Assembly (NCBI GenBank): GCA_947367255.1
Contig: CANBCZ010000003.1
Location: forward strand, 53,612 to 117,611
Length of the DNA: 64,000 bases
DNA from: an uncultured Alistipes sp.
Lineage (GTDB): Bacteria > Bacteroidota > Bacteroidia > Bacteroidales > Rikenellaceae
Direction of reading: 5' to 3'
Shown: positions 20,482 through 30,613 of the stretch, piece after piece
Position numbering within the stretch: the stretch's first letter is position 1
Layout: each line of letters opens with the position of its first letter
Notes under the pieces: generated by a model
Databases searched by the model: none
The model's input: the letters and a program-made list of their open reading frames with translations, nothing else
What the model was told of the DNA's origin: nothing
Translations under genes and position numbers: made by a program

Positions 20482-21828
20482 TTACTGACGTGGACGAACG
20501 CGAGTTGAAATGCCCTGTGCAAAGCCGCAGTTTACAACATAGGTTGAACCGTCAGCAAGCTCGTTGAAGAAGCACTCCTCCTTTGTAGGGAATGCACCAC
20601 GATAAGCAGCGGCAAGCTGGTTTGCTGCAGCTACACGGTCAGCATCCTGAGCCTCGAGAAGTGGAAGAGCCTTCTGGATAAGGTCGTATGCAACCCAGTA
20701 GATAGCGTCCTTAGCAAGACCTGAGCAACCCTTTGCACCATTTACATAGCACTGTGCAAGGAAGAATGGAGCGTGTGCGTTCTCAGGGTTGATAGCCTGT
20801 GCCTCACGGAATGCAGCAACTGCAGATGCGAAGTTGTTGATACTCATATCGAGGATACCGATACGAACATAGAGCTTCTCACGCTGCTCTGCGTCCTGCT
20901 CAACTGCAAGTGCCTCACGCAGATACTGGTTAGCCTTGTCGAAGTTACCCTTATCCTGGAATGCCTGTGCAAGTGCCATAGCAACTGATGCAGATGGCTG
21001 GAGTGAGTAGAACTTCTCACCTACAGTGAAGAAGAACTCTGTGTTGCAACCTGTACGAGCAAGGAGGCTGTATGCCTGAGATACGAGCAGCTCGTCATCC
21101 ATATTACCCTCGAGCTTCTTTGAGAAGATAGCCTCGATATTATCGCAAGATGCTGCACCGCTGACGCCAAAGCACTGCTCGAACTGGTTCTTGTACTGCT
21201 GCTGCTCAGGTGCGATGTTCTCGAAATACTTAGCGTATTCGTCGTAAGTATTAACGATAGTCATTGCATCTACGATATCGTTCTGATAGTCGTCGCAGAG
21301 GTTCTTGAAGTAGATAACTACAACCTCATGATCTACTACGCCAGCCTTCTTCTGTGCGTCGAGAGCTGCCTCAAATGCCTCAGCTACACCCTCACGGTCG
21401 TCACCCTTATAGGTGAGGTACTCACGAGCCTTACGCTCGAGGATGTATGCGCTACCACGCTTAGGGTGTGATGCATAGTGCTGCAGACGGATGTCGTAGA
21501 GGAGGATGATTGAATCAACATACATCTTCTTCTCTGCAAGAGTCTCGGCACGGTTTACGCGCTCCTTGTAGAGCTTAACACCGTTTGCATAGATGTTCTC
21601 AGAAGCTGCAGGACACTTAGTCAAGAGCTGCTGCAGATAAGCCGCAGCTGAGTTGAAGTGGCGGTTTGCAATCTCCTCCTTCAGGTATGAGCTTGCAAGC
21701 ATATTCTCCTTGCGCTCCTCCGGAGTCTCACCCCACTTTGCATACTTAGGGTCACTAAAGTCCTGTGCAACAGCTGTTGTTGCCATAGCAGCCATAGCTG
21801 CAATGATTAAAAACTTAATAGCCTTCAT
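20482..21828 (-). CDS. Tetratricopeptide-repeat periplasmic protein
   Basis: Signal peptide, TPR-like helices, C-terminal AIYWVAYD..FPTKEECFF conserved in Bacteroidetes. Confidence 0.8.
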   Translation of the reverse strand: MKAIKFLIIAAMAAMATTAVAQDFSDPKYAKWGETPEERKENMLASSYLKEEIANRHFNSAAAYLQQLLTKCPAASENIYANGVKLYKERVNRAETLAEKKMYVDSIILLYDIRLQHYASHPKRGSAYILERKAREYLTYKGDDREGVAEAFEAALDAQKKAGVVDHEVVVIYFKNLCDDYQNDIVDAMTIVNTYDEYAKYFENIAPEQQQYKNQFEQCFGVSGAASCDNIEAIFSKKLEGNMDDELLVSQAYSLLARTGCNTEFFFTVGEKFYSLQPSASVAMALAQAFQDKGNFDKANQYLREALAVEQDAEQREKLYVRIGILDMSINNFASAVAAFREAQAINPENAHAPFFLAQCYVNGAKGCSGLAKDAIYWVAYDLIQKALPLLEAQDADRVAAANQLAAAYRGAFPTKEECFFNELADGSTYVVNCGFAQGISTRVRPRQ

Positions 21829-21858
21829 TGTGTTGTTTTTTATTGTGTTATTTAATTT

Positions 21859-23253
21859 TTAGTCAATCTTAGGGCGTACAAACCAGTAATCCTCTCCGAA
21901 GAGCGAGAAGCCGAGGTGTACCTTGATATAGTTCTGGCGAATAAGACCTATACGCTGGTTAAGCTTAGGCATAAGTACCGAAGAGTGGTTGCCTCTGCCG
22001 CCGATCTCGATACCTGCGTTGATGCTGTGTGCCGCCATAAATCGAATCGGGAATCCGAAACCGGCAGTTACGCACCACTGGTCTATTCTGCGACCCTCGT
22101 AGCTCTGATAGTAGTTACCATAGCGAGCACCGATACGGTATGAGATACGCTTGAAGTAGTTACGAACATCAAAACGGTTAGGGATATACTCGAAACCGAA
22201 CTTATATGTGTGGGTATCTACATACTTAATTCGCATACCGGTATAAGAGTCGTGGTGGTAGAAGGCGTTGTCGCCGCCCCAATTCTGGTACTCATAGTCG
22301 GCATTGACGATAAACTTCGCATCCTGATACGAGATACCTGCACCTACAGAGTGTGGCAAACGCATCTGACCGCGGCTATCCTCCTGAAATACGACTGAAG
22401 AGGCGTAATCGCCAATATAGATGGTCTGAACAACCTTCGGGTTGAGCGGACCGCCGTAGTCGTAAGTTGCACCGAGGGTAAGCATTCGCTTCTTTGTTGC
22501 TATAAGGTTTGCCTGCAGACCCACCTGAAACTTGAAGTTCGAGATAGCATAGTCGTCAAGACCCTTTGTCGATACATAGTCACCCGAACCTACATAGTCA
22601 CCATAGATAGAGGTGGTATAGTTGTGCAGGATGTTACCCCAATAGTACTTTGCTGCAATACCTACAGAGACGCCGCGAACAAACTCCCAACCAATACCTG
22701 CCTTAATCTCGGTCACATCACCATCGCCCTGATAGTTGTACATAACGGCACCAACTGTACCCCAAGTATCCTCACCCTGCTCAAAGGCGTGCATCTTATA
22801 ACCGACACTACCATAAGGAGTGAGGCTGAGACCAAAGCCCAAGCCCTTTGCTACAGGGAACTGGATAGCTATCTCGCGGAGGTTTATGCTATTCTTCGCA
22901 TTAGCGGCTGTAGTATAGTCAGAGGTTGAGTTTGACGAGTACTTGCGCTGAGTATTCTTCAAAAAGTTACCCTCCAAACCTACTTCAAAGATAAAGCTGT
23001 TACGAAGTGTTGCACTATAGCCTGCAGGGTTGAGAAGGCTTGCCATCTGAGTACTGCGTAATGCGATACCCGAGCCACCCATAGCGCGGTTGATAGCATT
23101 TCCATTAACACCCAGCTCTCCGATACCATACATCGTGTATGGAGAGTAGGCATTTACTGCCGAATCCTGTGCCGATACACGACCGACTACACCGAAAAGA
23201 GTGATGACAAATGCCATCAAAAACACTCTGCTATATATTTTCATTCTCTGCAT
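21859..23253 (-). CDS. Outer-membrane beta-barrel protein (FadL/TodX-like)
   Basis: SPYTMYGIG, NRAMGG, NPAGY; amphipathic strands; C-terminal EDYWFVRPKID. Confidence 0.75.
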   Translation of the reverse strand: MQRMKIYSRVFLMAFVITLFGVVGRVSAQDSAVNAYSPYTMYGIGELGVNGNAINRAMGGSGIALRSTQMASLLNPAGYSATLRNSFIFEVGLEGNFLKNTQRKYSSNSTSDYTTAANAKNSINLREIAIQFPVAKGLGFGLSLTPYGSVGYKMHAFEQGEDTWGTVGAVMYNYQGDGDVTEIKAGIGWEFVRGVSVGIAAKYYWGNILHNYTTSIYGDYVGSGDYVSTKGLDDYAISNFKFQVGLQANLIATKKRMLTLGATYDYGGPLNPKVVQTIYIGDYASSVVFQEDSRGQMRLPHSVGAGISYQDAKFIVNADYEYQNWGGDNAFYHHDSYTGMRIKYVDTHTYKFGFEYIPNRFDVRNYFKRISYRIGARYGNYYQSYEGRRIDQWCVTAGFGFPIRFMAAHSINAGIEIGGRGNHSSVLMPKLNQRIGLIRQNYIKVHLGFSLFGEDYWFVRPKID

Positions 23254-23986
23254 TATACTCTAAAATTCTATTAAGTCCGTAAAAGACGACTTTACGACCT
23301 GCAAATATCGCATTTTTAATTCGATTCTCAAAATATTCTGCGTCTCCACCGATAAAAATTGTCAATAAATCTGCATTTTTCTCAGCAAAAGCGTCAATAT
23401 ACCCTTTTACTTCGTAAAAAACACCCTCCATTACGCCAAAAATTATCGCCTCTTCGGTCGAGTGTCCCAACTGCGGCGCCGCTCCGTCAAGAGCCTTCGG
23501 CGAGCAGAGCGGAAGAGTCGCCGTCTTCTCACTTAATGCCTCAAGTCGCATATCTACTCCGGGCGAGATATTACCGCCGCGAAATACTCCGCAATCTACA
23601 AAATCGAGGGTTATCGCCGTACCTGCATCCACCACAAGGATACTCTTGTCGGCGCCATACATCTCCACTGCACCCACTGCCGCCGCTATACGGTCCGTAC
23701 CGATAGTGGCACGATTGTAGTCTAAAGTTATCGGCAGCGGAGTCTTGCTATCCAAACAAAGAACATACTGCACCCTTCCGTCGAGCATTTCTCGGCTCCT
23801 CTCGGCATCACCGCGAGTGGAGGAGATTATCGCCTTTGAAGGGGCATACTGACTACAAAGTTGTTCAACAATCTCCTCTGTAAGTTCAGGAACTACCCTC
23901 TCTTCCAGAATAGTGTTGTTTACATCTATAACGGCAATTTTGTGAAAAGTATTGCCCGTATCTATGATTAAATTACAAGTTTGCAT
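23231..23986 (-). CDS. coaX: Type III pantothenate kinase
   Basis: IIDTGNT, IGTDRIAAA, VDAGTAITLD, GGNISPG; start set at MQTCN. Confidence 0.93.
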   Translation of the reverse strand: MQTCNLIIDTGNTFHKIAVIDVNNTILEERVVPELTEEIVEQLCSQYAPSKAIISSTRGDAERSREMLDGRVQYVLCLDSKTPLPITLDYNRATIGTDRIAAAVGAVEMYGADKSILVVDAGTAITLDFVDCGVFRGGNISPGVDMRLEALSEKTATLPLCSPKALDGAAPQLGHSTEEAIIFGVMEGVFYEVKGYIDAFAEKNADLLTIFIGGDAEYFENRIKNAIFAGRKVVFYGLNRILEYNAENENI

Positions 23987-24040
23987 CGTCTCTCGCTCTA
24001 TATTGAGTACTACATTGCCGTTAAATTGCATCTTTACATT

Positions 24041-24070
24041 CCCTCCAAACCTCCCTTTGGCAAAGGGAAA
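24041..24070 (+). repeat. REP-like CCCT..AAAC-CCCTTT/AAAGGG hairpin
   Basis: ccctccaaacctccctttggcaaagggaaa resembles the hairpins at 13616-13642 and 13816-13843. Confidence 0.45.
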
Positions 24071-24090
24071 TTCGCCATTTTTACCGCTCG

Positions 24091-27000
24091 CTACTCTCTC
24101 AACTCTGTCAAAACTCTTACTCCATCAGCGACCGAAGCAACGCCTCGTACAGTCATCGCAAGTTTCGTATCGCGCTGCTTGAGGACAAAGCGCTCGGGCT
24201 GTGAGGTGACGCGGCGCAGCAGGGTCATAAACTGCTCGGTCTTATAGAACGGCGAGCGGTCATCTCCCACAAAGGCGACAATCATCAATCCGTTCTTAAT
24301 CTTCACGCGCTCTATACCAAGCTCTGCCGCCACCCAACGCAGGCGGACAACATCCAGTAGTTGTCGTGTTGCATCCGGAATACGACCAAATCTATCGACA
24401 AGGCGTGTCTCAAACTGCTGCAGAAGCTGCTCATCGACAATAGAATCCAACTCGCGATAGAGTCGCAGTCGCTCTGCCGGCTGCTGTACATAATCGGCTG
24501 GCAATGAGGCATCTACGCCAAGTTCCACCGATACATCATCGACATAGCTTATTCTATCGACAACCTTCTGCTCCTCGGCACTCAGACCCGCCACATCAAG
24601 ACCTTCGGCACGAAGTTCGGAGATAGCCTCATTGAGGATTTTCTGGTATGTCTCAAAGCCTATATCGGCGATAAATCCGCTCTGCTCTGCGCCCAGCAGA
24701 TTACCCGCACCGCGAATATCAAGGTCCTGCATAGCGATATTAAATCCCGAGCCCAAATCGGAGAACTCCTCGATAGCCCTCAATCTGCGGCGTGCATCAC
24801 TCGAGAGCAGTTCGTCCGGCTTACTGAGCAGGTAGCAGTATGCCTTGCGGTCACTTCGACCCACACGACCTCGCAACTGATGGAGGTTACTCAGTCCGAA
24901 GTGGTCGGCATTGTTGATGATTATCGTATTTACATTCGGGATATCCACACCGCTCTCGATAATCGATGTTGCCACAAGCACATCGCTCTCGCCATAGATA
25001 AAGTCCATAATGAGCTTCTCCATATCGCCCGCCTTCATTCTGCCGTGTGCAGCAACCACGCGAGCCTTCGGGCAGAGACGGGTAATCATACCGCGGATAT
25101 CCTCGAGCTGCTCAACATTGTTATGGATAAAGTAGACCTGACCACCGCGCGACAACTCCTCCTCGATAGCATCGCGCACAAGCTCCTCTGAAAATGTATG
25201 TGACTCAGTAATAATAGGTTGGCGGTTTGGCGGAGGGGTCGAGATGACCGACAAATCGCGTGAGCCCATAAGTGAGAACTGAAGGGTTCGCGGGATAGGT
25301 GTTGCCGTAAGGGTCAGAGTATCGACGCTGACACTCATCTGCGTAAGTTTCTCCTTTGCCGCCACACCAAAGCGCTGCTCCTCGTCAATAATCAGCAGAC
25401 CGAGGTCGCGGAACTTTATTGCACTGCCGAGCATCTTATGTGTACCTATCAGGATATCGATCTTGCCACTCTCCAGATCCTCTGCAATCTGTCGGGTCTG
25501 CTTGGCGCTCTTCGAGCGGTTGAGATACTCGACCTTTACAGGCATATCGCGCAGTCGCTCCATAAATGAGCGGTAGTGCTGCAGCGCGAGGATTGTTGTC
25601 GGCACAAGCACTGCCACCTGCTTGCCATCAACCGCAGCCTTAAATGCCGCACGGATAGCCACCTCGGTCTTTCCGAAGCCCACATCGCCGCAGACAAGTC
25701 TATCCATCGGACGCGACGACTCCATATCGCTCTTTACAGCCTCGATAGCTCGCTGCTGATCGGGGGTCTCCTCATAGCGGAACGACGCCTCCATAGCCTG
25801 CTGAAGGTAGCTGTCTGGCGAGAAGGCAAAACCTTCGCTCGCCTTACGCTTGGCATAGAGGGCGATAAGTTCTCGCGAGATATCCTTAACTGCTTTTTTG
25901 GTTGCAGTCTTAATCTTCTGCCAAGCACCGCTGCCGAGTTTATGCACCTTCGGACGCTCTCCATCGCCACTCTTGTAGCGAGAGATGCAGTGGAGCGAGT
26001 GGACATTTATAAAGAGCACATCGCCATCGCGATAGACAAGTTTGATAACCTCCCTCGGCTTACCACCCATAGGGTCAGGCAGGGTTACAAGACCGTCAAA
26101 GCGACCTACACCGTGGTCGATATGGACAACATAGTCGCCCACGCGCAGAGCATTGAGCTCGGCAACGGTCATCTGCTCATCTCGCTTAATCTCGCCATTT
26201 ATCTTATAGCGACGGTAGCGGTCAAATATCTGATGCTCAGTATATAAGCATAGTTTTGTATCGTAATCTACAAAGCCTTCGGAGAGCATCAGTCGCATCA
26301 TCTCGAGGCTCACATCCGGGCGCGAAATGGAGTGGAAAATATTCTCAAGGCGCTCCATCTGTGCGTGGTTATCCGAGAGGATATAACACTTCAAGCCCTC
26401 GCTCTTGCGGTAGGTAATATCATCGGCAAGGCGTTCGTAATTCTTGCCAAACTTCGCCTGCGGCTGGGTATGGAAGACGACTGTCGCACGGGCAGCACGC
26501 TCCGTGAGATTATTCTTCAGCAGCAACAGTGTGCTCTGCTCCATATCCGCAAGCAGCTCTCGACGCGAGGTCATACGCTCTGCCACCAACTGCGGCTCCT
26601 CGCTGCTCTCCATAGCCTTTATACGGATATCATCAACCTTACGCAGAACATAGTCGGCATCGTAAAACCAATAGTTGCCCCCCTCACCGACAAACGATGC
26701 AAAGGAGCTATTGCGGCTCTCCGCACGGTTGATATTTCCGATAATATCTATACTCTCCAACTTGTCGGAAGAGAGCTGATTTGCAATCTCAAAACGGCGC
26801 AGCGACTCCACCTCGTCATCAAAGAAGTCAAGGCGGTATGGTCGGCTCTCGGAGTACGAGAATATATCCACGATACCTCCTCGAACAGAGTACTGACCCG
26901 GCTCATAGACAAAATCCACACGCACAAAGCCCTGATTTTCCAACTCTTCGACAAGGTCCGAGATATCTACTCTATCGCCACGCGAAATCTTTATCTTCTG

Positions 27001-27420
27001 CTCCTCAAGCGCCTCACTTGTCACAATCTTCTCGGCAATGGCATCGGGATATGTGCAGACGACAAGGTATTCACCCGCAGCAAGACTCTTGATAGCATTC
27101 ATCGTATTTGTACGCATCACGATACTCTCGGCATCCTCACGACCGTAGAGTACAGAGCGTTTATAGGCGGACGGGAAGAAGAGCACCCTCTTCTCGTCAA
27201 GCAGTGCGTAGAGGTCGTTCATAGCGTATGCCGCCGCATCGCGATCCTCTGCCACAAGTATATGCAGACCGGCAGTTTTTGCCACCGATGCTGCCAAATA
27301 AAACGAAAGGGCTCCTCCGACTAACTCATTGAGATAGACGGTGTTGCCCTTCTGTTTCAACTCTTTTTGCAGCTGCACAAACGGAGTAGTCTCTGCCGCT
27401 GCCTGAACTATTTTGTGCAT
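24091..27420 (-). CDS. mfd: Transcription-repair coupling factor
   Basis: VHIDHGVGRF CarD domain, CGDVGFGKTEVA, DEEQRFG, TATPIPRTL, QLRGRVGRS, TRCF domain. Confidence 0.98.
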   Translation of the reverse strand: MHKIVQAAAETTPFVQLQKELKQKGNTVYLNELVGGALSFYLAASVAKTAGLHILVAEDRDAAAYAMNDLYALLDEKRVLFFPSAYKRSVLYGREDAESIVMRTNTMNAIKSLAAGEYLVVCTYPDAIAEKIVTSEALEEQKIKISRGDRVDISDLVEELENQGFVRVDFVYEPGQYSVRGGIVDIFSYSESRPYRLDFFDDEVESLRRFEIANQLSSDKLESIDIIGNINRAESRNSSFASFVGEGGNYWFYDADYVLRKVDDIRIKAMESSEEPQLVAERMTSRRELLADMEQSTLLLLKNNLTERAARATVVFHTQPQAKFGKNYERLADDITYRKSEGLKCYILSDNHAQMERLENIFHSISRPDVSLEMMRLMLSEGFVDYDTKLCLYTEHQIFDRYRRYKINGEIKRDEQMTVAELNALRVGDYVVHIDHGVGRFDGLVTLPDPMGGKPREVIKLVYRDGDVLFINVHSLHCISRYKSGDGERPKVHKLGSGAWQKIKTATKKAVKDISRELIALYAKRKASEGFAFSPDSYLQQAMEASFRYEETPDQQRAIEAVKSDMESSRPMDRLVCGDVGFGKTEVAIRAAFKAAVDGKQVAVLVPTTILALQHYRSFMERLRDMPVKVEYLNRSKSAKQTRQIAEDLESGKIDILIGTHKMLGSAIKFRDLGLLIIDEEQRFGVAAKEKLTQMSVSVDTLTLTATPIPRTLQFSLMGSRDLSVISTPPPNRQPIITESHTFSEELVRDAIEEELSRGGQVYFIHNNVEQLEDIRGMITRLCPKARVVAAHGRMKAGDMEKLIMDFIYGESDVLVATSIIESGVDIPNVNTIIINNADHFGLSNLHQLRGRVGRSDRKAYCYLLSKPDELLSSDARRRLRAIEEFSDLGSGFNIAMQDLDIRGAGNLLGAEQSGFIADIGFETYQKILNEAISELRAEGLDVAGLSAEEQKVVDRISYVDDVSVELGVDASLPADYVQQPAERLRLYRELDSIVDEQLLQQFETRLVDRFGRIPDATRQLLDVVRLRWVAAELGIERVKIKNGLMIVAFVGDDRSPFYKTEQFMTLLRRVTSQPERFVLKQRDTKLAMTVRGVASVADGVRVLTELRE

Positions 27421-27436
27421 CTTTACAGGTTATACC

Positions 27437-29125
27437 CTACTCTTTATCCTTTGTCACAGACACCTTCTTACCCTTGCGCTTACCGCTGCCGCTACCCTTG
27501 CGATCCTTGCTCTGTGGGGTAATCTTTTCGACATCTATAGTAACGCGCTTCTTGGGCTTACGGTTGCCTACATAGTTTGGATGCAACATATCCTCTCCCT
27601 TACGGTCGAGATACTTCACCTCGATAATACCCGCGCTCTGCGAAGCGGTAATAGAGATAAACATACCGTAGCGCAGCGCCCAGCGAGTACGCAGCGAGAA
27701 TACGCCCTGCTTGAGGAAGGCTGCGATATATGGGCTTACCACAAGGTTTACATAACGCTCGCCGTGCTCCTCCGCGAGGAGTGACAACTGATTCTCGATA
27801 GTGCGCTCGAGCAGCACTGTCGGCTCAACCTTACCCGAGCCGCCACAAGTAGGACAAAGCTCGCGGATATCCTTCACAGCCACAGGACGGATGCGCTGAC
27901 GGGTAATCTGCATAAGTCCGAACTTTGTGAGCGGGAGGATAGTATGGCGCGCCTTGTCTGTAGCCATCAGGCGCTGCATCTCCTCATAGAGCAGCTGACG
28001 GCTCTGCGCCTTGTGCATATCGATAAAGTCGATAATAACAATACCGCCCAAGTCTCTGAGTCGCAGCTGTCGAGCCACCTCGGCCGCCGCTGCCAGATTG
28101 ACCTCAAGGACATGCTGCTCCTGATTGTCATCTGCCTTTGTGCGGTTACCTGAGTTTACATCGATGACATTCATCGCCTCTGTAGACTCTATAATAAGGT
28201 ATGCTCCCCTCTTCAGGGATACATATCGAGCAAATAGCGACTTTATCTGTCGCGAGATGTCGAAGTTGTCAAAGATCGGCACCGAGCCTCGGTAGAGCTT
28301 TACCAGCTTCACCTTCTCGGGATCCACCGACTGGATATAGTTGCGAATTTCGTTATACATACCCTCGTCATCGACGCAAATCTGCGTAAACGATCCGTCG
28401 AGGGAGTCACGAATAATTGTGTTGGCGCGATTCATCTCGCCCATAAGCAGTGCCGGAGCCTGATTGCGGCGAATCTGCTGGCAGGTCTTATTCCACTTCT
28501 CTACTGCAGCAAGGATATCCTGCTCGACATCAAGATCGGTGGCATTTGTGGCTGCGGTGCGGATGATAACACCAAAATTCTTCGGAAGCACGCCTGCAGC
28601 AACACGCTTGAGGCGCTTCTTCTCCTCGTTTGAGCGAATCTTCTGCGAAAGGAAGACCTTTGAGGAGAACGGAACAAGGACAATATTTCTTCCCGCTAAC
28701 GAGATATCGCAAGTCAGACGTGGTCCCTTTGTGGAGATTGCCTCCTTTGAAACCTGAACCATCACAGTCTGACCTACTTGCAGATGGTCTGAAATCTTAC
28801 CATCCTTCTCCAGAGCAGAATCAACCTTCATTGCCTCTACTCGAATACACTTCTTACCTGGAGCCCAACTATCGACAACCTTGTCGAGCGACGGGAAGTG
28901 TGGTCCTAAGTCCTGATAGTGGATAAAAGCGTCGCGCTCGTGTCCGATATTCACAAACGCGGCATTGAGTCCGGGCATAATCTTGCGCACCTTTCCAAGG
29001 TATATGTCTCCCACCGAGAAACCGGTCTGTGCCATATCCTTTCCCAACTCTACGAGCACCTTGTCCTCACAGAGGGCAATGTTTATCTCGGTAGATGTTA
29101 CATTGATTATTAACTCACGGTTCAT
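27437..29125 (-). CDS. rng: Rne/Rng family ribonuclease
   Basis: GDIYLGKV S1 domain, KGPRLT, VIDVNSG, LRDLGGIVIIDFIDM. Confidence 0.92.
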   Translation of the reverse strand: MNRELIINVTSTEINIALCEDKVLVELGKDMAQTGFSVGDIYLGKVRKIMPGLNAAFVNIGHERDAFIHYQDLGPHFPSLDKVVDSWAPGKKCIRVEAMKVDSALEKDGKISDHLQVGQTVMVQVSKEAISTKGPRLTCDISLAGRNIVLVPFSSKVFLSQKIRSNEEKKRLKRVAAGVLPKNFGVIIRTAATNATDLDVEQDILAAVEKWNKTCQQIRRNQAPALLMGEMNRANTIIRDSLDGSFTQICVDDEGMYNEIRNYIQSVDPEKVKLVKLYRGSVPIFDNFDISRQIKSLFARYVSLKRGAYLIIESTEAMNVIDVNSGNRTKADDNQEQHVLEVNLAAAAEVARQLRLRDLGGIVIIDFIDMHKAQSRQLLYEEMQRLMATDKARHTILPLTKFGLMQITRQRIRPVAVKDIRELCPTCGGSGKVEPTVLLERTIENQLSLLAEEHGERYVNLVVSPYIAAFLKQGVFSLRTRWALRYGMFISITASQSAGIIEVKYLDRKGEDMLHPNYVGNRKPKKRVTIDVEKITPQSKDRKGSGSGKRKGKKVSVTKDKE

Positions 29126-29305
29126 AGTACAAGATTATGGATTTTTGTCTACTCGAAGACAATTTTGTGATACAGAGAGATAAAAAGAACTTTTTAGATG
29201 CTAAAGGTTGTATAACAAGAGGGATTTCAAGCACGAGAGTAACGCAGAAATCACCTTGTTAGGCAAGCTTCGACCGAATAGATACTTCCCACTCTCAATA
29301 ATAGG

Positions 29306-29336
29306 AACGCTAAAGAGTTCAGAACTCTTTAGCGTT
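29306..29336 (-). terminator. Hairpin terminator after bS22-like gene
   Basis: aacgctaaagagttc-a-gaactctttagcgtt near-perfect palindrome. Confidence 0.7.
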
Positions 29337-29373
29337 AAACTCCTATCTAAGCAATATACCGCCGGGCGGCATA

Positions 29374-29463
29374 CTACTTCTTCTTGTGACGATCCTTACG
29401 CAGACGCTTCTTACGCTTGTGGGTCGCCATCTTGTGACGCTTATGCTTCTTTCCGTTTGGCAT
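29374..29463 (-). CDS. Small basic ribosomal protein bS22 (AURKAIP1/COX24/mS38 family), 29 aa
   Basis: Hand translation MPNGKKHKRHKMATHKRKKRLRKDRHKKK; ATG at 29463, TAG at 29374-29376; downstream of HU. Confidence 0.88.
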   Translation of the reverse strand: MPNGKKHKRHKMATHKRKKRLRKDRHKKK

Positions 29464-29499
29464 AGTTGTAAATATTAATGATTAAACAATAGTGTCAAA

Positions 29500-29772
29500 T
29501 TACTTAACCTTTGCAGTGAAAGTCTTCGCAGGCTTGAAAGCCGGAATCTTATGCTCAGGGATAGTGATAGTAGTGTTCTTAGAGATGTTGCGAGCAACCT
29601 TCTCAGCACGAGTCTTAACGATGAAAGAACCGAAACCGCGGAGGTATACATTCTCACCACGACCCAGAGAGTCCTTAATCTCATCCATGAAAGACTCTAC
29701 GATAGCCTGAATCTGAACCTTCTCAACACCAGTCTTCTTCGCGATCTCTGTTACGATATCTGCTTTTGTCAT
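29500..29772 (-). CDS. hup: HU family DNA-binding protein
   Basis: MTKADIV, VYLRGFGSF, ARNI..TITIPEHKIPAFKPAK. Confidence 0.95.
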   Translation of the reverse strand: MTKADIVTEIAKKTGVEKVQIQAIVESFMDEIKDSLGRGENVYLRGFGSFIVKTRAEKVARNISKNTTITIPEHKIPAFKPAKTFTAKVK

Positions 29773-30019
29773 AGCTGTAAATTTTTGTGTTATTAATTAT
29801 ACCTATTTCTTTACTCAAAAACCTATCTCACTCTCAATCAGAGCGAAATCGGCGACAAATATACACTTATTTTTGCAAAAGGTAAAACTTTCGACCAGTT
29901 TTTTTGAGATTTTTTTGTACTCCGCCACTTTCGTGCGCTCATTTGTCGTCAGAGTTTGCACTCCGTTACCTCTTCGCACTCATTTGTTGTCCAGAGTGAG
30001 ATAATTAAAGTGACGTCCC

Positions 30020-30148
30020 AATTTATCGTCAAAATGCGGTAGTGGGCGTGCATAGCGTAAAAAGCCCTGCGATGGATAGTACTTGAGCGTACAGCCATTG
30101 CAGGGCTTTTTAGCGATGTGCGGCTAATGCCGTATTTTCACGACAAAT
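30020..30148 (+). mobile_element. T1 hairpin element abutting the stop codon of the SRPBCC gene
   Basis: aatttatcgtcaaaat ... attttcacgacaaatt; stem aaaaagccctgcgatgg/ccattgcagggcttttt; GTAC-ttgagc-GTAC. Confidence 0.75.
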
Positions 30149-30556
30149 TTAGATGCGATTGAAAGCTTGAACAAAACCCTCCACAGCCTGATCCAACCCC
30201 TTCTGAATCTTACTGCCAACCATCATACGCATCATCATATTGAGTTCGCAGTGGAGAACCATACGGATACGGGTATCGGTCGGAGTGACCTCGTGGAGCT
30301 GAATCCAGAAGTTGAAGTCGATAGGCACGCCGCCATCGTCGCCGGTAATCTTGACATGCTTACCATAGACCTTATCGACCATACGCAGTTTGACGGTAAA
30401 GCCCTTGACCTTGAACGAGCAGCTATCCTCGGTAGCCTGCCACTCCTCCACCTTATCGGATACAGCGGGGGTAAGCAGCGAAAAGTTGGATATAAGCGGA
30501 TATATCTGTGCTGCCGACTTAAATATCTGACCCTGTTTTGATTCGTACTTCTCCAT
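30149..30556 (-). CDS. SRPBCC/polyketide-cyclase-like protein
   Basis: 135 aa; pattern typical of the Bacteroidetes SRPBCC family (WQATEDSCSF, LNMMMRMMV). Confidence 0.65.
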   Translation of the reverse strand: MEKYESKQGQIFKSAAQIYPLISNFSLLTPAVSDKVEEWQATEDSCSFKVKGFTVKLRMVDKVYGKHVKITGDDGGVPIDFNFWIQLHEVTPTDTRIRMVLHCELNMMMRMMVGSKIQKGLDQAVEGFVQAFNRI

Positions 30557-30613
30557 GATGTTTTTCTCTTTGCCTGCAAAGGTACAAATAAAAAATGGAA
30601 AGTCTGCTTTACA

